Origin: a virus
Lineage: Duplodnaviria > Caudoviricetes
Virus record (IMG/VR): IMGVR_UViG_3300043443_000305
Span: 1-31,443 of that record
DNA: 31,443 nucleotides
Direction: 5' to 3' (one strand)
The translations under genes and the position numbers were made by a program. Shown here one piece after another: positions 24,358 to 31,443 of this stretch. Under the pieces are notes generated by a model, which made no database searches, had not been told where the DNA came from, and saw only the letters and a program-made list of their open reading frames with translations. The stretch's first letter is position 1. Each line of letters opens with the position of its first letter.

Positions 24358-27300
24358 ATGGCATCATCAAAAGAAAGAGCATGGTTAGCTGCTCATCAAA
24401 AGGGTTCGAAAGCATTAGTTGCCAAACTAGATAAGGCACATGCGAATAATCCTGAATACCAAGCATTCAAAAAGAAGCATGGTCTAGAAAATACCTCTAG
24501 TGTTAAGCAGGTTTCTAAGTCTCAAGTTGATGCTAAGAAAGAAAAAGCACGTCAAGCATTAGCCGCTAAGGCATACGGCGCCACCAAGGGAACTCGTATG
24601 GGTTCTGCTGATGGTACGGGCGAAACTCTCCGCGACACTATTGCGCCGCTTTCACCTGAACAGCACTCAGCTGTTAAGGCAGCAGAAAGAACAGCAAAGG
24701 CAGCCGCCAAGCCTGCTAAGCCAAAGAAAGAAAAGAAGGCAGCAGCAAAGCCAGAAGAATCTCGCCTAGACATAATTAAGCGTCTAGCCGCAAAAAGAAC
24801 AATCAATGCACCTCCTGTTCCAGCAAAAACATTGCGTAGAATCGCTGCTGTTGGTAACATGGAGCACGAACATGGTGGATTTGATGACCTATCAGATACA
24901 AGTTATGGTGGATATCGTGGAAGATATAATATGGATGAAGCAGCACCGCTAGACCACGAAAGCGCAAATGCAAGAAGAGTTGCTGCTATGCCAAAGGGTT
25001 CTATTCTAGGTTCTAAGGATGATATCAAAGCGCATCTAGAGTACCTAAAAGCAAGACACGCGCATCTTAAGAAGTTCGGTTACTCTACTAAACAAGTTGC
25101 AGATAAGATTGGACGAGTCAATCATCTTCTTACGCAAAAAGAAGAAGTCGAGCAGATTGATGAGGCTTCAGATTTACACTGCCCAAGCTGTGGGACAAAC
25201 CACGGTAAAGATAGAGAAAATCCAAAAGATAAAACATGCAGTTCTTGTGGGCATAAGTTTAAAAATATACATGGATATAGCAATGAAACGGACAATGATT
25301 CAGAAGCAGCTGCTTGGTTAAAGCGATTTAATGCAAAAAATCCCGTGAAAGAAGATGCAACTTCTGCGATGTCAGATAAACTAAAAAAGAAAAATATCAA
25401 CACCAAAGATATGAATACGCTTGGCAAATTGCACGCATTGATGAGCAAAGAAAAAGCAAAGCGTAAACCTGTATCTGAGTCATATGATAAGGCAGAAGAA
25501 CATAAAGCAAAGGCAGCAAAGGCTTTAGAAACTAGTGATATGGAAGCATATCACCAGCATATGTCAAATCATCATGAAGAACTTGGTAAGTGGCACGAAT
25601 CAAAAGGTCGTGGAGACTTAGCCCAACGCTCATTCGATAAAGCAGAAAAGCATCACGAAATGAGCCTAAACCCAGATAAGTCTAAGACCTTAAAGAGCGT
25701 AAAAGAAGAAGTATGGGACGAGCCAAACCCTAAGAAAACTTCTAAGGCACTATCTGCTTCTCAAAAAGCAAGAGCCAAAGCAAGAGCAAGAGCAGCAGGT
25801 CGCTCATATCCAAATCTTGTAGACAACATGTGGGCATCTAAATTAGGCGAAGGAATTATTGATAATTTCGTTGCTAAGAAGATTGCTGCTTATCATGGCG
25901 ATAAGGTTAAGGGTTCTGTAGAGCAATCAGATGCTGCCCGTGAAGCCGTCACTAAGAAAATGGAGCCAATCAAGAGAAAGATTGAGCGCATCAAGGCTAG
26001 AGCGTCTTACAAAGATAAGTCTCACGCAAGACATGATGAGACCAAACTAGACCTCAAGCATGCTAATGATGAACACGCGGCACTCAAAGCAGAGCGCGCA
26101 AAACACTATGATGCATTTAAAAATGCATCAGCAGAAAGAGATTCCAATATTGCCTCAGACATGAAGACCTATGACAAGTATGGTCTTGTCGGTCTAGGTC
26201 TAAAACGTTTAAAGCAAAGAATGCAAAAGGAAGAAACCATGAAAGAAGGTTTTCTAAGCAAGTTGCTAGGCAAAAAGCCTGTAGCAAAACCAAAGACAAC
26301 TCCTGCCCATAAAAGTGTAGGATATCAGGGGCTTCCTGCAGAATGGAGCCAGGAAAAGCGTGGCAACGAATATTACGCCAATAAGCAAATGGCAGGACTA
26401 AAGAAGGAAGAAGCAATGAAAGACGAATACAAAGAACCATTTGAAGGCGGTAAGACTCCTTCTAAGAACAAGGGTATTGTAGCAGGCAAGAGCCGTCCTG
26501 AAGGAATGTCTCGCGTTGCTCACCTAGCCCGTCTAGCCCTAAAGAAAAAGGCTATGAAGGAAGGTTACATGAAGGCAAACATGCCGGAAGACGATGACGA
26601 TGGTGAGTCAGATATGGCAGAATATGAGCGTCAAGCAAAGAAAGGCAAGGGCGTTCGTGCATATGACAAGAACGGCAAACTAGTTGGCAACTATCGTAGC
26701 ATGGAAGATGCTAAGAAGTTCAAGCCTGGTCATACGTACAAAGAAGAAGTTACGCCAACACCAGTTCACAAGTTAAATCCTGGCTTGCAAGCAAAAATTG
26801 ATGCTGCTAGCAAAATGAAGAAGCCTCGTCAAGCAGGAACACCTTCTATTGATAAAATCAAACTTATCACTAGAGAAGAAAAAGATTATGCAGCAGTTGC
26901 ACCAGTTCCTGGTGATAAGTGGAAGTCACATGCTATCATGGTACACCCAGAAACTAAGCAAAGAGTTGTAGTTCTTCGTAAGAATGCAAAAAACTATCCA
27001 AAAGCCGATGGTTGGAAAGAAGTTGCCCCAGGCATGAAAGAAGAAGCCGAGCAGATTGATGAAATGGATTCAGAAGGTTATAGAGGAACCAGCGATCCGC
27101 ATTATAGCTCTTTCGCCGGTAAGAAGTGGATAGAAGCAAAAGTAATTACTCCTAAACAGGCAGCAAAAGGTGCTGCAAAAATCTTTAAAAATATTCTTAA
27201 GAAGAAACCAAAACATGTAAAAGAAGAAGCCGAGCAGATTGATGAAGTGATTTCTGCAAAAGAAAGAAAGTGGAGAGAAGCTGTCATCGATAGACACGGC

Positions 27301-27957
27301 GATACTGTCAGATTTAAAAAGAAAAGACATGTCGACGCTAAAACGTACCATACAGTAGCATTCAAGGGTAATAGCGACAAATATGTTGGTAATTTCTTGC
27401 ACTCTGGCAAGATGGCGGGCGGCGCAACGTTCCCAGCACGCGCTGGCGCTGGCGGTAAATGGACAGAAGTATCAGAAGATATTGAGCAGATTCAAGAAGT
27501 TGGTCCGCAAAAGAAAATGAGAAGAATGCTCAACAAACTCCGTGATGCTCGTGCTGGCGAAAAGTATAAGAGAACATCTGGTATGCCAGTACCTGACCGC
27601 GAGCCTGGGCATAAGGACACAGTAGACCACAACAAGGCACTCGGTCGTGCTCTTCGTAAACTAGGTCCTGCAAAACTTGCTGAAGTACTAAAGCCATCTA
27701 TGGGCGCAGATGAATATGTTAGCCACTTTGTTCGTTCAAAGAATCCTAAATTTGAAGGCAAGTCGAAGGCAAAGCGTATTCAGATGGCTCTTGGCGCATA
27801 CTATGGCGATAAGAAAGGCATGAAAGAAGGTCTAGACCCAGTTGGAAAAGAAGATGCAGACGTAAACAACGACGGCAAGCATGGTCATTCAACTGACAAG
27901 TACTTGCTAAAGCGTCGTGCTGCTATCTCTAAGGCAATGGCTAAGAAAGGCAAATAA
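24358..27957 (+). CDS. 1199-aa Lys/Ala-rich modular protein, probable capsid-internal polyprotein
   Basis: short basic modules separated by KEE/EQIDE/MKEG-type acidic motifs; contains CxxC-CxxC, His-rich, NUMOD1-like and DxDxxNDG segments. Confidence 0.7.
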   Translation: MASSKERAWLAAHQKGSKALVAKLDKAHANNPEYQAFKKKHGLENTSSVKQVSKSQVDAKKEKARQALAAKAYGATKGTRMGSADGTGETLRDTIAPLSPEQHSAVKAAERTAKAAAKPAKPKKEKKAAAKPEESRLDIIKRLAAKRTINAPPVPAKTLRRIAAVGNMEHEHGGFDDLSDTSYGGYRGRYNMDEAAPLDHESANARRVAAMPKGSILGSKDDIKAHLEYLKARHAHLKKFGYSTKQVADKIGRVNHLLTQKEEVEQIDEASDLHCPSCGTNHGKDRENPKDKTCSSCGHKFKNIHGYSNETDNDSEAAAWLKRFNAKNPVKEDATSAMSDKLKKKNINTKDMNTLGKLHALMSKEKAKRKPVSESYDKAEEHKAKAAKALETSDMEAYHQHMSNHHEELGKWHESKGRGDLAQRSFDKAEKHHEMSLNPDKSKTLKSVKEEVWDEPNPKKTSKALSASQKARAKARARAAGRSYPNLVDNMWASKLGEGIIDNFVAKKIAAYHGDKVKGSVEQSDAAREAVTKKMEPIKRKIERIKARASYKDKSHARHDETKLDLKHANDEHAALKAERAKHYDAFKNASAERDSNIASDMKTYDKYGLVGLGLKRLKQRMQKEETMKEGFLSKLLGKKPVAKPKTTPAHKSVGYQGLPAEWSQEKRGNEYYANKQMAGLKKEEAMKDEYKEPFEGGKTPSKNKGIVAGKSRPEGMSRVAHLARLALKKKAMKEGYMKANMPEDDDDGESDMAEYERQAKKGKGVRAYDKNGKLVGNYRSMEDAKKFKPGHTYKEEVTPTPVHKLNPGLQAKIDAASKMKKPRQAGTPSIDKIKLITREEKDYAAVAPVPGDKWKSHAIMVHPETKQRVVVLRKNAKNYPKADGWKEVAPGMKEEAEQIDEMDSEGYRGTSDPHYSSFAGKKWIEAKVITPKQAAKGAAKIFKNILKKKPKHVKEEAEQIDEVISAKERKWREAVIDRHGDTVRFKKKRHVDAKTYHTVAFKGNSDKYVGNFLHSGKMAGGATFPARAGAGGKWTEVSEDIEQIQEVGPQKKMRRMLNKLRDARAGEKYKRTSGMPVPDREPGHKDTVDHNKALGRALRKLGPAKLAEVLKPSMGADEYVSHFVRSKNPKFEGKSKAKRIQMALGAYYGDKKGMKEGLDPVGKEDADVNNDGKHGHSTDKYLLKRRAAISKAMAKKGK
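27037..27246 (+). repeat. 27-bp perfect direct repeat (27037-27063, 27220-27246) encoding KEEAEQIDE; third copy 25138-25163 with one mismatch over 26 nt
   Basis: aaagaagaagccgagcagattgatgaa read twice; aaagaagaagtcgagcagattgatga at 25138. Confidence 0.92.
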
Positions 27958-27959
27958 GT

Positions 27960-28154
27960 ATGGATACGGAAAAAGAAAATACAGCTGGCGAAACGCAGAA
28001 AGTAAAATTTCGCCAGTTCCGTTCTAAGTTGAAGAAAACTAGAGACGGAGTAAATCTTGACCCGAAATTAGCGAATACTCGTAGCATGCCAAACGCAGTG
28101 CACGATACAACGTCTGCTGCAGAATCTGGAGCGAATTCTAATGTTAAAGTTTAA
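27960..28154 (+). CDS. small hypothetical protein
   Basis: 64-aa ORF tightly packed between neighbours; internal KFRQFR motif. Confidence 0.55.
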   Translation: MDTEKENTAGETQKVKFRQFRSKLKKTRDGVNLDPKLANTRSMPNAVHDTTSAAESGANSNVKV

Positions 28155-28596
28155 AGATTTTTTCGTTGAGCAAGATGAAACTCTAGATATCGAGACTCCT
28201 CATCTAGAAGCAATTATGAACAACATCAATGCTGACTTGGATGCTCTGGGCGATAGAGTATTCCAAAATAGTGTAGTGTTTATCAACACTGTCCGCGGCA
28301 CAGTAGAAAGGTATGGAATTCTAATTCCACCGAGTTACGGTACAGCTGCTATGAGCATGAGCGCAGAACTAGTTTATAAACTAGGCGAGTCTGGTAAGTT
28401 TCTCTACGTTGTACATGACACTAATGAAGACGGTTTCGTTGAAGGGTACGCGCAAGTTGTCAACAACGAAGAACTAAAAGAATTGTCATCTTTAGATAGC
28501 GAAGATTGGATGAAGGATACCGAAGAATCTGAAATCCAACAAAAAGTTCCCTATAGACATAGAGACGACGATTCTGGAAACGACGACGAATATTAA
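28141..28596 (+). CDS. acidic hypothetical protein with capsid-targeting-like N-terminus
   Basis: MLKFKDFFVE start; GGAG RBS. Confidence 0.72.
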   Translation: MLKFKDFFVEQDETLDIETPHLEAIMNNINADLDALGDRVFQNSVVFINTVRGTVERYGILIPPSYGTAAMSMSAELVYKLGESGKFLYVVHDTNEDGFVEGYAQVVNNEELKELSSLDSEDWMKDTEESEIQQKVPYRHRDDDSGNDDEY

Positions 28597-28599
28597 TGC

Positions 28600-28986
28600 A
28601 TGTTTGATAACTTACGTGAAGACAACATTATTCTATATGCAATCAAATGCTATGACAGACCTAATTGCATAGTCAGTGAATTTGAAGAAGACTTCAAGCG
28701 CGTAAGTTACATAAAGAGGCTATTTAAGAAGTATAGAGAAACCGGAGAAATAAAAGAACGGTTGGTGCTAAATCATGTAGTATTGTTGCAAAACGTTTTC
28801 GGGTTCGTTCCGGCGACTAGAATTCTTTTTGTTCTAATACAAGAACAAGACTATGAAATATTGAAGCCGTTCTTGCTCTACACGTCGGCAATACCTGATG
28901 TGGTCTTAGGGATAAACGGTAAAGACATACACTCTAAAGAAATAGTCATGGATTGGAAGATAGTGGAAAAACTTCGAGTACTATAA
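28600..28986 (+). CDS. conserved T4-like phage hypothetical protein
   Basis: L.EDN..LYA.K.YD.P.C...EF.ED.KR..YIKRL..KY...GE.KERL.LNH...L.NVFG pattern recalled from T4-like phages. Confidence 0.8.
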   Translation: MFDNLREDNIILYAIKCYDRPNCIVSEFEEDFKRVSYIKRLFKKYRETGEIKERLVLNHVVLLQNVFGFVPATRILFVLIQEQDYEILKPFLLYTSAIPDVVLGINGKDIHSKEIVMDWKIVEKLRVL

Positions 28987-29012
28987 ACTTATATTCGAGT
29001 ACTATAAACTTA
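28973..29012. repeat. two perfect 19-bp direct repeats, 21-bp period
   Basis: ttcgagtactataaactta at 28973-28991 and 28994-29012. Confidence 0.92.
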
Positions 29013-29039
29013 AAGTATCACTTCAAAGCCAACATACTG

Positions 29040-29068
29040 ATTATACTGGTATCGGTAAAAAGAGTAAA
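29040..29068 (-). promoter_or_regulatory. antisense sigma70-type promoter
   Basis: minus strand reads TTTACT (29068-29063), 17 nt, TATAAT (29045-29040); same hexamers as the gene 41 promoter. Confidence 0.7.
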
Positions 29069-29073
29069 GTAAA

Positions 29074-29592
29074 ATGGTCAAAAATTTTAAACAGTTTGTC
29101 GAAGATGCTGTTCCAGTAATGGGAGTAGCAAACGTTGGCGGACCAGTATCCGATAACGATCCCCCAGGACCAAGTAAACTAAAGAAGGCACTTCTTAGAA
29201 GAAAGCGTCCTCTAGCAGAAGAAAATAAGATTTCTGACCACATAGAAAAGTTTAAGAGTTATGTTGCTATGGAATTAGGTTTGACTGATGTTCCAGAAGT
29301 AAATGTAATTGATAGCAGAGAAGAAGCCAAGGTCAATACTAGTTTTGGTGGTTACTCTCCTACAAACCGTAGTATCAATGTCAACGTTGGCGGTCGGCAT
29401 ATTGCTGACGTCTTAAGAACTCTGGCTCACGAATTAGTTCATCATAAGCAGAACGAAGAAGGGCGTCTTACTCGCTATGCTGGAGAAACCGGCAGCGAAT
29501 TTGAGAATGAAGCAAATAGCAGGGCTGGCGTTCTAATGCGCAACTACGGTAAAAAGAACCCAGGTATCTACGAAGATTATGAAAACACTTGA
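29074..29592 (+). CDS. HExxH zinc-metallopeptidase-like protein with capsid-targeting-like N-terminus
   Basis: MVKNFKQFVE start; SFGGY, DVLRTLAHELVHHKQ and downstream ENEAN (third ligand candidate). Confidence 0.75.
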   Translation: MVKNFKQFVEDAVPVMGVANVGGPVSDNDPPGPSKLKKALLRRKRPLAEENKISDHIEKFKSYVAMELGLTDVPEVNVIDSREEAKVNTSFGGYSPTNRSINVNVGGRHIADVLRTLAHELVHHKQNEEGRLTRYAGETGSEFENEANSRAGVLMRNYGKKNPGIYEDYENT

Positions 29593-30316
29593 AGAAAAGA
29601 AACTCCTTGTAAAGATGGCACAAATGCTGGGTCAACCCGTAGACCCAGAATTAGTTGAGTCTATTAAAAGAGAAGAATATCTTAATAAGAAAATCTTTGA
29701 AAAAGAAGAAGTTGTTACTCCTTCGCCAAAACCAGTCATAGTAGAAGAAGCACCGCCTCCACCTGCGCCAGCATTTGTGCCGCCAGTAAAAGATACTGTA
29801 CAGCAAGTTGCTAATATGTTCAAGGCTCCAGCAGAAAACAAATTTCGCGACATAGAACTAGAAGGCATGCGCCGTTCTATTGCTGAGATGATGAAGAAGA
29901 TATCGACGCTATCATGGGGTGGCGGTGGTACAGGCGTTGTTCGTATACACGAAACAGACGACTTTGATAAGACTTCTTATGCAGAAGGTAGATATTTAAA
30001 GTGGTCTAACGGCATGTTCCGTCTAGACGATATCAATTCTCAGCAAGTTGTATACAATACAACTACAACAGCAACAAACTACACTATTGCCGATAACGAT
30101 TATTATATCGGAGTAACTGCTGTCCCCGTTACGATTACATTACCTTCTTCTACTGATTCAGGTAGAACCATAGTTATCAAAGACGAAACGGGAAATTGCC
30201 GTAGTAATAATATCACTATTGCTGGAACAATAGACAATGATGCTGGTGGTGTGATACTAGCAATTAACAACGGAGCAGTTCAGTTGCTATTCCGTAATGG
30301 ATGGAGAATTATCTAA
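29579..30316 (+). CDS. putative virion structural protein
   Basis: Pro-rich linker, GGGG hinge, C-terminal beta-rich YYIGV...TITLP...GRTIVIKDE.G domain of the kind found in fibre/baseplate-associated proteins. Confidence 0.6.
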   Translation: MKTLEEKKLLVKMAQMLGQPVDPELVESIKREEYLNKKIFEKEEVVTPSPKPVIVEEAPPPPAPAFVPPVKDTVQQVANMFKAPAENKFRDIELEGMRRSIAEMMKKISTLSWGGGGTGVVRIHETDDFDKTSYAEGRYLKWSNGMFRLDDINSQQVVYNTTTTATNYTIADNDYYIGVTAVPVTITLPSSTDSGRTIVIKDETGNCRSNNITIAGTIDNDAGGVILAINNGAVQLLFRNGWRII

Positions 30317-31443
30317 TGTCATACTTACTAGACAGAAATGTTACGCAAGGCACTATTCCTTGGCAGGTTACAAATTACTTCAATGCCGTTAGCGTTGATG
30401 CCTTTGCGCGTCAGAGAGTTTCTACACCATTTACGTTAGGCGATTACAAGCATCTGTATGGTATTGACCCAAACTTTATCGAAAATACATCTAATGGCGG
30501 AACCGTTGCGTTCCAAGCAAACAAGGCATGCGCGAGGCTTACAACATCAAGCGCGTCAAATAGTTCAGTAATTCACCAAACCAAATTTTACCATCATTAC
30601 ATGCCAGGCAAAAGCCAAATTATAATGAGCAGTTTTACATACTACACTGCAACTGCTAATGTAAGAAAGAGAGTTGGCTATTTTGACGATAACAACGGTA
30701 TATTCTTTGAGCAAGCAGGTGACGGCACACTTGCTATTGTTCTTCGTAGTTACACGTCAGGTGTTGCAGTAGACAGAAAGTTTAGCCAATTTGGCGGAGT
30801 CTATGGTGCAGGTGATACTGGTTGGAACGTAGATGCTTGTGCAGGCGGCGCAAGTAATTCTCTAAACCCAAGCGGATTCAATTTAGATGTCACTAAGACC
30901 CAGTTGTTAATAATTGATTTTCAATGGCTTGGTGTTGGTCGTATTCGTGTTGGTTTTGCGCACAACGGAGACTTTGTTCTTGCACACACATTTAATGGTT
31001 CTAATGAACTCGATGTTGTATACATGAGCACGCCAAATCTTCCCCAACGTTGCGAAATTGTAAATACAGGAACTACTACTGGCGCGTACTTTGACCAAAT
31101 ATGTGGAACTGTAATGTCAGAAGGCGGGTATGTTGAAGCAGGTCAAGACTGGGCAGTTTCTAATCCAACACTAAGAACTCTTACGTCAGGTTCGACGCTT
31201 CCTATTATGGCAATCAGACTAAAGAATACCTTTAAAACGTACTTGAATAGAATGATTGTTAGAATGGGAAATGTTAATATCTTCTCTTCAGGAGAAAACA
31301 TCAAGTGGGAATTAATTAAACTTCCTAATCAAGCAGCATTAACAGGCAGCACTTGGGTTGATGTCGGTACAGATAGCGGCGTGCAATATAATGATACATG
31401 CACAGCATATTCTGGTGGTGATGAAATTGATAATGGTTGGGTT
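30316..31443 (+). CDS. putative virion structural protein, truncated by window end (absent from ORF track)
   Basis: ATG overlaps upstream TAA; frame open to the window end; MSYLLD...DAFARQRVSTPFTL...YMPGKSQ...RVGYFDDNNGIFFE...DFQWLGVGRIRVGF, beta/Gly/Thr-rich. Confidence 0.75.
   Translation, partial: MSYLLDRNVTQGTIPWQVTNYFNAVSVDAFARQRVSTPFTLGDYKHLYGIDPNFIENTSNGGTVAFQANKACARLTTSSASNSSVIHQTKFYHHYMPGKSQIIMSSFTYYTATANVRKRVGYFDDNNGIFFEQAGDGTLAIVLRSYTSGVAVDRKFSQFGGVYGAGDTGWNVDACAGGASNSLNPSGFNLDVTKTQLLIIDFQWLGVGRIRVGFAHNGDFVLAHTFNGSNELDVVYMSTPNLPQRCEIVNTGTTTGAYFDQICGTVMSEGGYVEAGQDWAVSNPTLRTLTSGSTLPIMAIRLKNTFKTYLNRMIVRMGNVNIFSSGENIKWELIKLPNQAALTGSTWVDVGTDSGVQYNDTCTAYSGGDEIDNGWV

Noticed and set aside
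1052-25321. Alternative-frame + strand ORFs (1052, 1986, 2811, 6764, 7528, 9555, 11892, 12198, 13629, 15984, 25097)
   Set aside because: They overlap better-supported genes and lack the RBS plus coherent protein design seen for 23309-23518
28973-29012. Possible mini-CRISPR array
   Set aside because: Only two 19-bp copies separated by 2 nt; no spacers and no cas genes
320-31098. Minus-strand ORFs in the track (e.g. 11885-12406, 14475-14996, 16213-16605, 29010-29243)
   Set aside because: All shadow well-supported + strand genes and show no recognisable motifs
1-31443. tRNA/rRNA genes, integrase or transposase, and alternative genetic code
   Set aside because: Intergenic gaps are mostly too short and no cloverleaf was seen; no mobile-element motifs; TAA, TAG and TGA all end genes at sensible boundaries

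Overview
This 31.4 kb window is a fragment of a large T4-like (myovirus-type) dsDNA phage genome. All credible genes are on the + strand, use the standard code and are tightly translationally coupled. From left to right it contains five blocks. (1) Early-type small ORFs, including a tandem family of 4-5 paralogous mini-proteins with a fixed scaffold and two hypervariable segments. (2) A metallophosphoesterase and a glycan island: GT2, a HAD/BcbE-like nucleotidyltransferase fusion, two more glycosyltransferases, two methyltransferases and gmd. (3) The replication core (gp43 DNA polymerase, UvsX, gp41 helicase), each gene preceded by a near-consensus sigma70 promoter buried in the upstream CDS. 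(4) A T4 late promoter followed by a PD-(D/E)xK nuclease-like gene and a complete rmlBACD dTDP-L-rhamnose pathway. (5) A late block of putative capsid-internal proteins: a KxDG ligase-like protein with a capsid-targeting-like N-terminus, a HIGH-nucleotidyltransferase/P-loop fusion containing a nested overprinted gene, a 1199-aa modular protein punctuated by repeated prohead-protease-like Glu sites, a HExxH protein and virion structural genes. An antisense sigma70 promoter firing into two 19-bp direct repeats near 29.0 kb is an origin-like candidate. All calls come from motif recognition by eye. No searches were run.
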